Numbered from the stretch's first letter, positions 1 to 15,295 are shown. The stretch is DNA of 64,000 bases from the human T2T-CHM13v2.0 reference genome, Homo sapiens (GCF_009914755.1 NC_060931.1); one strand, 5' to 3'. The notes: generated by a model not told the origin, from the sequence alone. Program-made: numbers and translations.

Positions 1-61
1 TGTAAACAACAAGAAAAGGTAGAATCACTTTGTGGGAAGTTTGATCCACAAGTAAGACTTC

Positions 62-512
62 TGTGATGGTTAATTCTGTCGACTTGATTGGATTGAAGGA
101 TGCAAAGTATTGATCCTGGGTGTGTCTGTCAGGGTGTTGCCAAAGGAGATTAACTTTTGAGTCAGTGGGCTGGGAAAGGCAGACCACCCTTAATATGGGT
201 GGGCACCATCTAATCAGCTGCCAGCACAGCTAGAATATAGAGCAGGCAGAAAAATGTGAAAAGACTAGACTGGCCTAGCTTCCCAGCCTACCTCTTTCTC
301 TCGTGCTCGATGCTTCCTGCCCTTGAACATCAGACTCCGAGTTCTTCAGTTTTGGGACTCGGACTGGCTGTCCTTTCTCCTCAGCTTCCAGACAGCCTAT
401 TGTGGAGCCTTGTGAGCATGTGAGTTATTACTTAATAAACTCCCCTTCATATAATATTTTATATGTGTATATATATCCTATTAGTTCTGTCGCTCTGGGG
501 AACCCTAATACA
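62..512 (+). mobile_element. MLT2A1-type solo LTR (HERV-L)
   Basis: Starts TGTGATGGTTAAT...GATTGGATTGAAGGATGCAAAGTATTGATCCTGGGTGTG and ends AACCCTAATACA; perfect 5-bp TSD ACTTC (57-61 / 513-517). Confidence 0.9.
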
Positions 513-696
513 ACTTCCGAGGAGGGAGATCACTTCTGAGCAAATTATGAGGAATGGCAGCAAGAAGAAGGTGGCTTCTGAGCTGAGCCTTGTGAGAGAT
601 CAAATTTTACATAGTATGGGGGACAAGCATTCCTGGGTAAAGGGACAGCAATGGGGCAGGGCTAGTTAAAAAACAAGATGAGAGCATTATCTTCAG

Positions 697-2055
697 TGTA
701 AATTGCTCCCCCACCAAAAGGACAAAGTGTCTGACTCACCACCTAGTGACTTCACTGGATGTTCTCCTTCTGCTCCACAATCCACCCCTCATTCTTCTCC
801 ACCTTCTTGTTCTATGGCCCCAGAGGCTGGCCTTATGGACTGTATCAACTAGGCCACCTTGTTCCTGGTGTGAATTGGGTTCGACTAAGATGGTATGGGC
901 AGGAGATGGCAGAGTGAGAGGAAAGAGAGTTGGAGGTATGATTCCTCCAGCGTGCTCCTTGCCAGACTATAGGTGGGCAGTAGCCATATTCCTCTAGCAA
1001 AAGCTATGGCTTTCCCCAAACAGCCCTTCCCTATAACTAGTGACATGGGAGTTGGGCAGGGAAGTGCTGGGTAGAGAAGGGCCAGGTCCCTGGTGAGGGC
1101 TCCACCCTCAAGCCTGTGCCACAGATCTAAGTGGGAACAGGCACTCCTGTTTTCATGACTGAATGTTGCATTTTCCAAGACCACCCTGGCCAACCAAGCC
1201 CCCCATCCTGTACCCATATAAACCCAAGACCTTAGTGGGTACACACACAAGCAGCTGAATGTCGAGACCAGCAGACCAGTGACAGCAGAACGATGCAGCA
1301 GAGAAGAAAAAGAGGGACGTCTTGATGCCGAGGGAAGGTCGGCCAGGGGTGGTTGGAGAAGGGTCCGGCTGCTGGGCAGCCCAACTCCAGGGAAAGATTA
1401 TTTCCCCCACCCCTCCAACTTCCGGCTCCCCATCCATGTTGCTGAGTGCCGCCTCCATCACTCAATAAAAACTTGCACTTATCCTTCGAGCCCATGTGTG
1501 ATCCGATTCTTCTGGGACACTGGGCCAGAGCTCAGGGAACAGAGGCTGTCACACTGGCCCTCTGCCCTTGCAATAAGGCAGAGGGTCCATTGAGCTGATT
1601 AGCACACAAGCCATCTGCAGATGGCAAATCTGAAAGAGCTTGGGTTACACGTGCCCACCTGGGCTTTGGGAGTTGCAGACACCCACCCCTAGACATTGCT
1701 GCGGGGCCAAGAGCCCAAAGCATTCATCCTGGCATCTGCACCTGCCAGTCTGCATGCTCCCCCTAGGGGTTTGAGCTGCAGGGCAACCAAGCAGGTGAGC
1801 CACACCTGTGTTGCATGTGCTGCAGGGGGAATCAGGGAACGCTCCCATTTCACTAGCTTTCAGTACCTGCTCCCTCCCTGTCCACCACACTGGAATAGCA
1901 ACCTTGCAGCATTGCCAGCCCTGGGGGCTTCATTATAATGCCTGGTTTCCTTGCACTATCAGTGCCTCTATAGAAAAGGCGCTTGATTAAATTCTCCCCA
2001 GTCAGACCTTCTGAATATTCCACCTGCTTCTGGCCTGGACCATGACTGACAGACA
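697..2055 (+). mobile_element. Old ERVL-class LTR (LTR33-like), split by the LTR at 1041-1852
   Basis: Resembles the LTR33 consensus on both sides of the insertion; 3' end CTGGACCATGACTGACAGACA; 5' boundary approximate. Confidence 0.55.
1041..1852 (+). mobile_element. ERV1 solo LTR of the LTR1/LTR28/MER52 group
   Basis: TG...CA termini, perfect 4-bp TSD CTAG (1037-1040 / 1853-1856), TATA-like CATATAAA near 1215, AATAAA near 1464, characteristic GGGAAGTGCTGGGTAGAG motif. Confidence 0.8.
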
Positions 2056-2254
2056 TCTTTGTAGTCAACTGAAGTTAGCCAGTGATTTTTTTTTTAATTT
2101 CCATTGCTGTTTTCTTATTTCTTGGTTCTAAGTATCTTATTTCCTCATCTTCTAAGTGTGGCATTAATAATGAACTTCCCATCAGATCTATAAGTTGAAA
2201 CTCTTTCATCTCTACCTTGAAGAGCTAGATATTTCTTTCAAAATGTTAGAACTA

Positions 2255-3715
2255 TACAAATGACAAAAGAAAAAATAGAGAAATTGGACTTCATCAAAAT
2301 TAAAATCTTTTATGCTATAAAATGTATTATCGACAAAGTGTAAAGCAACCTGCAGAATGGGAGAAAATATTTGCAAATCATATCTGATGAGGGACTTATA
2401 TCCAAAATATAGAATTCTTACAACTCAATAAATAACCCAATGTTTTTAATGGGCAAAGAATATGAACAGATATGTCTCCAGAAAAGATTACAAATAGCCA
2501 ATGTGTACATGAAGAGATACTCAACATCATTAGCCATTTGAGATATGCAAATCAAAGCCAGAATTAAAACCACTTCATCCCCACTAGGATGGCTATAACT
2601 AAAAAGGCAAGTAATAACACGTGCTGGCTGGTGAGGATGTGGAGAAATTGACACCCTCATGCATTGCCAGTGGGAATACAGGATGGTGCCAGCCACTTTG
2701 ACACTTCCTCAAAATATTAAACACATACTAGATCTTTTCCCTTTTATTTTTAGTTGGCACATAATATTTATGTGATACAGAATGATATTTCCATACATGT
2801 ATACAATGTGTAATGATCAAATCAGGGTAATCAGTATATCATCACCTAAAATATTTATCATTTTCTTGTGCCATAAACATTCAAAACCCTCTCTTCTAGT
2901 TTTTTGAGAATATAGAATAAATTACAGTTAACCATCTTCACCCTACTGTGCTACAGAACAGCAGAACTCATTTCTTCTATCTAGCTGTCATTTCGTATCC
3001 ATTAACCAGCCTCTCCCCGGAGTCTCCTCCTCACCACTCTTCCCAGACCCTAAGACTCACTGTTCCACTCTCTATTTCCATGGGCTCAAGTTTTCTTTTT
3101 AGCTTCCACATATAAAGGGAACATGTGGTATTTATCTTTCTGTGCCTGATTGATTTCACTTAACATAATGACCCAGCAATTCTACTTCTAGGTATATACT
3201 CAAGAAAGTGAAAATATGTGTCCACACAAAAGCTCTGTACACAAATAACGTGCATAGCAGCATTATTCATAATACTCAAAAAATGGAAACAACCCAAATG
3301 TCCACCAAATGATGAATGGATAAATAATTCGTGGTCTACCTATATAATAAACTATTACTGGGCAATTAAAAGGAATGAAGTTCCGATTCATGCTACAACA
3401 TAGTCGGACCTTGAAAACATCACGCTAAGTGAAAGAATTCAGTCACAAAATACTACATGTTTGATTCTATTTATGTGAAATGTCCAGATTGGCAAATCCA
3501 TAGAGGTAGAACGTAGATTAGTGGTTGCCTGGGGAGACTTAGGGAGAAATGGGGAGTGACGGCTAATGGGTACAGGATTTCTTTGGGGGATGATGAAAAA
3601 GTTCTAAAATTGACAGTGGTGACGGTTGCACATTTCCTTGAATATACTGATAACCACTGTAAACCTTGAATTGGTGTATTACCTGTGAATGATAAAGCTA
3701 ATAAAAATTAAAATG
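2255..3715 (+). mobile_element. L1M (L1MB-like) 3' fragment
   Basis: Typical L1 ORF2-end/3'UTR text (TTGGACTTCATCAAAATTAAAA, AAACAACCCAAATGTCCA, GATTAGTGGTTGCC); interrupted at ~2735-3170. Confidence 0.85.
2735..3170 (-). mobile_element. L1MA-like 3' end nested antisense in the L1MB
   Basis: TGTAATGATCAAATCAGGGTAAT...TTTCTGTGCCTG...TTCACTTAACATAATG. Confidence 0.75.
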
Positions 3716-3924
3716 ATGTGTTTTAAAATTTTGGAACCAACTAATTCTAAAAGCAAATGTTGCCAAAATTTCCAGAATATCTTTGTCTATAATCTTTAGG
3801 CTATTTCATGTGTCTGACAGCTACTTAGTAGCCTCAAAAGAAATGTGAGAACAAATTAGTAGCTTACTGATCACCATCTTTCCACCCTTTAACCCAATTT
3901 GTTTGTTTTGTTTGTTTTTTCCAG

Positions 3925-4179
3925 AAGCCAAACCCACACCAAAACATGAACCGGGGGATGGAATTTATTGCTCCTGTATCAGCTCCCACCAAATCTGGTG
4001 CCCCGTGGCATTTTCTTTCTCAAGGTCCCACGGATGCCCAGAGAGCAGTCAGAATCAGGCCAGGCACCAGGATGGGCTTGTCCTCAGATCCAGTTGTCGG
4101 CACCTTGTCTTCCAGTTACCTAGATCTGCTAACTCTCTCTTACAAGCCTGGGAGGACAGTGACAAGTTCATACCTAAAC
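3925..4179 (+). CDS. C7orf33: C7orf33 internal coding exon (KPNPHQNMNRGMEF...TSSYLN), phase 0/0
   Basis: Strong acceptor (T-rich tract + CCAG 3921-3924), donor AAC|GTAAGC at 4180, 255 bp open frame; translation matches the human C7orf33 protein as I recall it. Confidence 0.9.
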
Positions 4180-4919
4180 GTAAGCTCCGAAGTGTCTTAG
4201 CACCTCCAAGTTTAAGGAAACCCACGGGATGCTCTGAAACTTCCATGAAAATGAAGATTGGAGGGATTGTTGCATTCTTGCATGCCTGGATGTTTCATAT
4301 TCTCTGAATGTCCAGCATGAAACTGATCTGATCCCATGCTTTTTTGCCAACTTGATTTATGTTAAGATAAAAGAAAGTGCCCCTTACCAAGATGCTCTGA
4401 AAGCACCTTCTCCCTTGTATTAATGATAACTAATGTTATTAAGAGAACATAAGGCAACTTTAACAAAATAAGAGCTCACTAAAGGGGATCCTGTATGGGA
4501 ATTCTTCGTGCAAATGCCATTTCGGAGCTGGCATTGTACTTGCAGATGGAGTCTCTACAGGAAGCTATGGCTTCGGTCCTACGTGAGCCCGTACAACCAC
4601 TCAGCACATAAAGTTCCATGAAATTGGTGCCTCAAACCACAGTATCTATAAAGGAACTCCTAACTTAAAAAGTAATCCATCAATAGTAAGGATTTTTAAA
4701 CTTCAGCCTAAAAATTTTAAATACTGTTAGTAGTAATAAAGCAATGAGATTTCTCTAAAATTATTGTTGCCTGTATCACTTTAAATCTTTGACATAAATG
4801 AAAAGTTGCATGGAAAATGCTAAAGTTCTAAGCAAATAGGTTGAGCATTAATAAATAGGAAGATGAAGTAAGTGAAATTGATTTTGTTAGGAACTGGTGG
4901 GAGCTGGTAGAGATAGCGA

Positions 4920-5146
<227 letters not shown>

Positions 5147-5209
5147 TGATGTTCTAGGGAAAAGGTAAATCAGCCTGAGATAACAGAAGTCTTCGTAATC
5201 CACATGTAG

Positions 5210-5284
5210 GTACGTGGGCATGAAGTAAGAAAGCTCCAGAATTCTGTTGAGGCCACAAGGATTTCCAGAACTGACAGCAGTTAA
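5210..5284 (+). CDS. C7orf33: C7orf33 terminal coding exon (VRGHEVRKLQNSVEATRISRTDSS*)
   Basis: TAG acceptor at 5207-5209, in frame with the previous exon, TAA at 5282-5284; matches the recalled C-terminus. Confidence 0.85.
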   Translation, partial: VRGHEVRKLQNSVEATRISRTDSS

Positions 5285-5704
5285 GAATTTTGCAGAATCT
5301 AAGAGTCACACCTCTAAATTTGTGTAGATTGTGAAATCTCTTCTTGCAAGAAAAAAGAGAAATAGCTGAAGTTCTGGAAATAACAGTTGATGAAAACTTG
5401 GTAATCTGAAGTCTGAACTTTGAACACCAGCAGACAGGCTGAGAATTCTCTTTGATCATGAGCCCAAGTTCCACGTGTACCTGCAGGAATCTGTGTGGCA
5501 TTTGTGCACTGGTGTGGGGCCCAGGAGAGGACCACGGAGTGACAAGCCACCAGGTTCTAAAGGGAGACGAAGATCCCCAGAGGACCTGGATAGAGATGTT
5601 TCCCTGACCATTGTCTGCTGTGTGCTCCCGATGATGAGACTCTAGAGTTTACAACTGAAACACACTGTCATTTATGATATTATTTGTAATATCTGGTATG
5701 TCTA

Positions 5705-6101
<397 letters not shown>

Positions 6102-6110
6102 TGATAATAT

Positions 6111-6494
6111 TGTGTTTGTCAGCAAGGGTTCCCTAGCAAGGTACCACAGACCGGGGTTGGGGGACGGGCTTAACCAACAGAGGCACATATCCTCACAGTT
6201 CTGAAGGATAGAAATCAGAGACCAGGGCATGGGCAGAGCCTTCTGAGGCTCTTTGACTTGTATAAGGCCATTCTCCCTGCGTCCTCACATGGTCGTCCCT
6301 CTGTGCATGTCTGTGTCCTAATCTCTTCTTCATATGAAGACACCAGTCACACTGGATTAGGGTCTACTCAAATGACCTCATGTTAACTTAATTACCTTTT
6401 TAAAGGCCCTATCTCCAAATACAGTTGCATTCTGAGGTTCTAGGGGTCAGGACTTCAGTATATGAATTTTGGGGAGACAATTCAACTGATAACA
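6111..6494 (-). mobile_element. MLT1A-type MaLR LTR
   Basis: GTACCACAGAC...GACACCAGTCA...ATGACCTCAT...CCTATCTCCAAATACAG. Confidence 0.8.
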
Positions 6495-6496
6495 AT

Positions 6497-7226
6497 TGTA
6501 TTAGTCTGTTCTCACACTGCTACAAAGAAATCCCCAAGACTGGGTAATTTATAAAGGAAAGAGGTTTAATTGACTCTCACAGTTCCGCATGGCTGGGGAG
6601 GCCTCAGGAAGCTTACAGTCGTGGCGGAAGGGGAAGCAGGGACCTTCTTCACAAGGCGACAGGAGAGAGAGGGCATGCAAAAACGAGGAAGTGCCACACT
6701 TTAAAACTGTCAGCGGTCATGAGAACTCACTATCATGAGAACAGCATGGGGGAATCGCCCCCATGATCCAATCTCCACCCTCCCTCAACACACGGGAATT
6801 ACAGATCCCTCCCTCAACACACGGGAATTACAGATCCCTCCCTCAACACACGGGAATTACAGATCCCTCCCTCAACACACGGGAATTACAGATCCCTCCC
6901 TCAACACACGGGAATTACAGATCCCTCCCTCAGCACACGGGAATTACAGATCCCTCCCGCAGCACACGGGAATTACAGATCCCTCCCTCAGCACACGGGA
7001 ATTACAGGTCCCTCCCTCAGCACACGGGAATTACAGATCCCTCCCTCAGCACACGGGAATTACAGATCCCTCCCTCAGCACATGGGAATTACAGATCCCT
7101 CCCTCAGCACATGGGAATTACAGATCCCTCCCTCAGCACATGGGAATTACAGATCCCTCCCTCAACATGTGGGGATTACAATTAGAGGTGAGATTTGGGT
7201 GGGGACAGAGAGCCAAACCATTATCA
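6497..7226 (-). mobile_element. MST (MSTA-like) MaLR LTR containing a minisatellite
   Basis: TGTATTAGTCTGTTCTCACACTGCT...GAGATTTGGGTGGGGACAGAGAGCCAAACCATTATCA. Confidence 0.9.
6777..7180. repeat. 29-bp minisatellite, 13 units plus a degenerate 14th (TCCCTCARCACAYGGGAATTACAGATCCC)
   Basis: Exact 29-bp period counted directly. Confidence 0.97.
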
Positions 7227-7624
7227 ACTGTGAAAACATTATGTAATAATAATAACAACAACTTCCAGAGATAGCTGTGTTGCAGGCACTGTCTTAAGTT
7301 CTTACATGTATCATTTCATTAATCTTCTAGGACAACAGTCCTAAAAGAGAGGTCCTATTTTACAGATGAGGAGCCCAAAAACGAGCTTAGGGTCACACAC
7401 AGCTAGAATGTGGGACTTGAACCCAGGCAAGCTCAAGGCTCTTGGTCAATCCATGGAAGGAGAGAAAGGAAAAAGAAGGGAGGAGGGAGGAAGAAGGGAA
7501 GGATACCAGGGACCACAGTAGTGAAAGGCTGGGTTTCCTGCTACTACAGTGGGTAGGGCTCAAACAACCAAATAGAAAAATTTTTTTAAAATTCTAACCA
7601 CACTCACCAACCCTAAATTAGTAA

Positions 7625-7977
<353 letters not shown>

Positions 7978-8142
7978 TACTGCAAACTGTTTTATAACTA
8001 GCTTTTCACTTAACAAGATGTCAGTTTACTTCCATGCCATTCCTTTGAAACATATTATTTAGTGGCTGCATTGTATTCTGCTGTATGGGTGCACCATTAT
8101 GTAGCCAATCCACATTCACTGGACATTTGTGTTCTTTCCAAT

Positions 8143-8512
8143 TGTGTTAGTCCATTCTCACACTGCTTATAAAGACATACTCAAGACTGAGTAATTTATA
8201 AAGGAAAGAGGTTTAATTGACTCACAGCTCAGCAGGGCTGGGAAGGCGTCAGGAAACTTACAATCACGGTGGAAGGGGAAACAAACACGTCCTTCTTCAC
8301 ATGGTGGCAGGAAGGAGAAGTGCCGAGCAAAAGGGGGGAAAACCCCTTATAAAACCTCAGATATCGTCAGAACTCACTATCAGGAGAGCAGGATCGGGGA
8401 AGCCGATCTCATGATTCAGTTGTCTCCACCTAGTCCCTCCCACAACACGTGGGGATTATGGGAACTACAATTCAAGATGAGATTTTGGTGGGGACAGAGC
8501 CAAACCATATCA
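8143..8512 (-). mobile_element. THE1 (THE1D-like) solo LTR
   Basis: TGTGTTAGTCCATTCTCACAC...CCAAACCATATCA; TSD CCAAT/CCAAA. Confidence 0.9.
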
Positions 8513-8756
8513 CCAAAGAACATCATTGTATTTCAGATCTTTAAAGTATCTACAATGCTGATTTCCTTACAATAAGTTCCTAGATGTAGACTTTTGGGAT
8601 CTCTGAGAATGCAGATGTCTAAGGTTTTTGCTGTTGTTGAAACCTCTACCTGCAGTGGGTACGATGGGAAAAAGATTTTTAGGATGGAAGAAATTAGCAT
8701 ATTTAATCGCTCAAGTCAATAAGGTGAAGAGGTAGAGATGAAAGATACAGAAGGAA

Positions 8757-9063
8757 GCAGGGCACACTGGCTCACACCTGTAATCCCAGCACTTTGGTAG
8801 GCCAAGGCGGGCAGATCACTTGAGCTCAGGAGTTTGAGAACAACCTGGGCAACACGGTGAAACCCTCTCTAGTAAAAATGCAAAAATTAGCCGGGCATGG
8901 TTGTGGGCACCTGTAGCCCAGCTACTCAGGAAGCTGAGATGGGAGGATCTCTTGAGCCCAGAAGATCCAGGCTGCAGTAAGCCAAGAGTGCACCAATGCG
9001 CTCCCGTCTGGGCGTTAGGAGTGAGACCCTGTCTCAAAAAGAAGAAAGAAAGAAAGAAAGAAA
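8757..9063 (+). mobile_element. AluJ
   Basis: J-type diagnostics (TTGAGCTCAGGAG, GGAGGAT); TSD AAAGATACAGRAGGA. Confidence 0.93.
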
Positions 9064-9418
9064 GATACAGGAGGAGAAATGGATCCTGTGTGGAGCAGTC
9101 TCCCCAGTGAGGTTGACGGGATGGAACTAGAGCTTTACAAAGGAACAGGCATACTTCTCCCATTTTAGCTGCCTGTAAATGCAGTTTTGTTTAGAGTGCT
9201 CTAATAGTGTCTCTTTAATAGTGTTTATTTTCTCTATGAAGTAGGACACAAAGTCATCTGCTGCAAAGGAGGAACTGTGGGTTTGGAGGCTTCTGAAAGT
9301 CATTAAAGGAACATTGCTAGGAAGATTGAGGACCTACATTCCTACAATCAACTGCATTCTCCCTTACTAGATGTGTATCTGATCTCCGAAAATCACCCCT
9401 TTTGGTTGAAAAGACTCA

Positions 9419-10293
<875 letters not shown>

Positions 10294-11399
10294 CTAGATT
10301 TCGGGATTCTCCAGTTCCTCTGATATTACAATCTGGCAAGAGGTTTGGACAAATAGGACATATTTTTGGTTAAGTATCTGTTGACGGTTCTATAGAAGTT
10401 TGTTCTACCATTCTTGAAGCTTTTCTGTAGGTTTGAAATTTTTCAAAATAAAAACTTAGTAAATGAGTAATCCAAGACTCTGTCCATATTCTTTTTCAAA
10501 CCAAATCAGCCTGGGGCACTATTTCCCCAGATGAAGATTCTTGACACCTCTCAAGGAGAGGGAGACATTCCTTGGAGCCATCAGTGGCACCCAGGAACAA
10601 AACCAAACTCAGCCCTAGGATCCCCCTTAGAGAAACAAACTGCGCATGCCAGGAGACAGAAGGCTCCTTGGTGGATGGGCTGTGATCAGCATCCGCCCTT
10701 CCAGCTGCCCCTTTGACTCAAGCACAAGCACTTCATCTTTTTGCTGTCTCCCGTGAAACCCCACTGCCACAATAGTTAGCTTCTGCTCTAGTAAGAAATG
10801 TCAGCAGAGGCTTCCTGGCTGGGATGACTAAGAGTTAATTTAGCGTTCAGCTGGGCGTTGCCCAGTCCCCTTGTCTGGTTCTCACCTCTGTTGTGTGTCC
10901 AGTCTGCTAGCTGTTCACTCACCTTCCTGCTGACTTACTGCCTTGCCTCATCTGGCCTTGCCCTTTAGTTCCTGGAAAGTCCCTGGCTCCTGACTGTTAT
11001 CTGACCTTCGACCTACTGCCTCTCTTGATTAACCTTCAGATTTCTGCCTGCCTGATTTCAACCACTTCCTTGAACTATGCACATATTCCTGATATTAAAG
11101 CACTGACCATGACATTCACCCATTTCTTAGGGTCTGACCAACCCTCAGCACCTCCTTGAGTTATGTGCACCCAGCCTCTCTCCAGTCTTGTTAAATGTGG
11201 CATTCACAGATTGTCCAGCCCTGCAGAGCTCACTTAAGCTATCATGTATGTTTGTAACATCGGCATTAGAACAAACCCGACATTCACAAATTTGGTCCTG
11301 AAACTCCCTGACCTTTATCTCACATCTGGTTCTGTATACATCTTTTGTGACTTCATGTGCTGCGACACCTGGCATTTTTATCCTCCTCCCATTGTTCAG

Positions 11400-11855
11400 A
11401 CTTTCCAGCCCCAGCCCCCCACCTCCTAAGAGGAAAGGGGGACTAGAGGTTACATTGGTCACTAGTGGCCAATGACTTAATCAATCATGCCTATGTAATG
11501 AAGTTTCCGTAAAATCCCAAAAGAAGAGAAAGTAAAAGTAAAATAATTTTTTAAAAAGAATATAAAAATTAAAAAAAAAAAAGGACAGGTTGATAGAGCT
11601 TCCAGATGGCCAAACATATGGAGGTTCCTGTGTAACTGCCCAACAGGTTCACCTTGCCCACTCACTGCCTAGACAGAGCCAATTTCTCAAGACAGGGGAA
11701 TTACAATAGAGAAGGAGGAATTCATACAGAGCCAGCTGTGTGCAAGAGCAGTTTTATTATTACTCAAATCAGTCTCCACATCTGGTGTCAGAAGTGATCT
11801 GTGTTGTGAGAGCATAGTAGGAGAAACTGCTTTTGTTTTCTCCTCTATCTTGTCA
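11400..11855 (+). mobile_element. MER21-like LTR remnant, interrupted
   Basis: GGCCAATGACTTAATCAATCATGCCTATGTAATGAA...GAGCTTCCAG...GGAGGTTCCTG, later TCTGGTGTCAGAAGTG. Confidence 0.65.
11631..11778 (-). mobile_element. LTR8-like ERV1 LTR, 3'-terminal fragment only
   Basis: TGTAACTGCCCAACAGGTTCACCTTGCCC...AGACAGAGCC...TTTTATTATTACTCAAATCAGTCTCC. Confidence 0.7.
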
Positions 11856-11934
11856 GGAGCGTAGGAATGGAGTACATTTTCTATTTCCCAGGCCAGGGGT
11901 TAAGCTCACTAACACACAATGAGCAGCTACAAAA

Positions 11935-12650
<716 letters not shown>

Positions 12651-13335
12651 ATTAGAGGATATTCTGAGTATATTCAATATTTGATAAAGTAAATTTTAAA
12701 ATAATTTAATAAAAACCATTTTATTAAAATATTTTATTGTGGTAAGAACACTTAACGTGAGCTCTACCCTCTTAACAAATGTTTTAAGTGCATTACGCAT
12801 TATTGTTGACTAGAAGAAAACTCTGTTTTTGAAATAATAAAGGAAATAAATTGTTAGAAATACCCAAGAGGAAGATTCTGAGAGTGAATCCTGAAAACAC
12901 TGTCATTTTGTAACTCCGGCTCTCCATCTGGGTCTGCAGAGTTTTAAAATGCATTCCCCACAAAAGCCTGAGGGCTGAATGAGAAGCTACTTCTCCAAAA
13001 GCCTGTATCCCTCAACAAACAAGCTCGCCCCTGTGGCAAAGCACACCCTCTGGTTTTACTGCTTACGCAGAGCCGTTGCTTAATTGACAGATGGTGCCGC
13101 TGTGAAAATACAGCCATGTGGGAGAGAAATAAATCAATAAGAAAGAAGACTGAAACACTCTCTCCAGATTCTTTTTTATTCTAGTGAATGTGAATCAGGA
13201 TTTTCTAATAAAAATCAAGTTAAAAAAATTTATGGCAGGTGTGCTACATATTGAGCGGTTTCAGGAAAATATCAGAACTGGCTGTGGCTACAATGAAAAA
13301 CATTTTACAGGCTGTTTGTAAAAGCTGGTCACCCC

Positions 13336-13601
<266 letters not shown>

Positions 13602-15295
13602 TTAACAGCCTTCATCCCCCTAATTAGCTTATTTTTTTAGCATGCAGTTAATTTGAAAACTTTATTTAAACGTAAATTGAGTGGATCAGTGTGGAAAGGT
13701 AAGTCGATACACAGCAGATTAAAGATAACAAAAAGAAACAAGTGACCTATATTTTCAGAACTTTTCCAGAATGATCGTTTGTTTTGTTTGATCAGTGCTA
13801 GAGAAAGAAGTGGCTGGAAGTTGGCAAAAGAACAAGTGGGAAACTGTAAAACGGCCTGTCTGAAATCTGTTCTTTTTTGTGGTTATTTGGGCCAGGCTGA
13901 CTCCTCATTGCCAGCACTTCTCACATCAAGCACCCGGTCCACCACAAATATGCACATCTCGTCACATGCCGGTGATATTACATGCCCTCCAGTGGGTAAG
14001 CTTTCTTCACTTTGTCTAAATCTTTTGGAATTACAGCAACCAATTGACTGGATGTGACGGTTTCTATAATTTTTCATCTAGTGACTGAAAAAAAAAAACC
14101 CTGACGTTTGAAAAGAGCCACTTTAAAAAGTTGTAAACAAGCATGAAGAGGCTTTCCTGGGTCATTAGCTGATTTTTATTTTGCAAAATGCATTCCCTGG
14201 AGACTTTCTAAGAAACTACTGTGCTTAATACCAAACTCATAAAAAGCTAGAAATTAGCTTTAATTGTTTAAAAATGGCCATCAATCATCTAAAGCCAGGA
14301 TTGCTGTAATTTATGAAAATATCTTTATAAAGTATTTAAGATATTGTGGAATAATATATAGTTATAGATACACTAAGCTCAACAGTACCAACAGGCTAGC
14401 TCCAAATTTCCCCCAAAAGCTAAAGTTTTCCCTTTTTTGTACAGGAAGTTGGAAAAAAAAAAAACGAAAAATAGAGCTTTATTTTACTGAGAGGCAAGCA
14501 AGATTTTACTTACTATTTTTTTCTTCTGGAATATTCCATTTAATATTGGCGAAATGCATATTTCATAACAAAAGGAGAAACAAAAGAAAATTGTCATGAA
14601 AACAATGCCTACATGAAGTTAAAATGCTGCCGTCTAAAACACTATGTACCTGTTTATTCCCTCTCATAATGCAAGCTTTATTTCAGGAAAACCACACTCA
14701 GCTCCATCTCTCTGTGCCTAGGAGGGCTGGGTTGTCAATGTCAGGGAGGAGAAGAAAACCCAAGACAGGTTGAGCTGAGGTCAGGTACTTGGAGACGCCA
14801 AAGCCTGGTACAAAGTAGAAAAGCAGATTTAAGGATGGTCTGAGGTCAGAAAATGAGTCAAGAGCCAGATACACCAAGTTCAAACCAGGACAAGCCAAAA
14901 ACCAGAGGCTTCGTGACAAATCTAAGAACAAATGAGACAGGGATATATGAATCGGCAAGTTAAACGAGACTAAGAAGCACATCAAATGGGTGTAGCTAAA
15001 TCTACACAGACACTTTGTTCAGTGGCAGGACCTCTTCCTCCACCAACAGGCTTTCACCAGTCTTAAAGGAGCAGTATTCTGAAAATATTATGGAAGGGAC
15101 CAAAACAACTAATATAAGATGAAGACTTGGTTATGCAAAAATGCACCACCACTACAATCCCCAAAAGGAAGGTCTACAAGGAGCACACAAGCTAAAGATT
15201 GCCATTGCTATTGTTAGAACAATAAATTATATGTGACTATTATTTAGCACCCTTGAACACACAAAATAAGACTGATGTAACATTTAGCCCATAAA

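Noticed and set aside
3903-4307. 134-aa + strand ORF overlapping C7orf33 exon 2
   Set aside because: Alternative frame crossing both splice sites, starts at a non-ATG codon, no recognisable homology
6777-7180. CRISPR-like array
   Set aside because: Head-to-tail units with no unique spacers; eukaryotic context with no cas genes
6735-7274. 179-aa and 140-aa repetitive ORFs
   Set aside because: Open frames arise from a stop-free 29-bp minisatellite inside an LTR
10600-10900. Cluster of AP-1/NRF1/RFX-like partial motifs
   Set aside because: Partial matches only; TGASTCA occurs throughout the window with no evident enrichment here
13962-13988. Possible p53 site (TCACATGCCG...TTACATGCCC)
   Set aside because: Several flanking mismatches and a 6-bp spacer; expected by chance
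14698-14985. 95-aa hydrophobic minus-strand ORF
   Set aside because: No recognisable homology or splice context; the hydrophobicity follows from the T-rich strand
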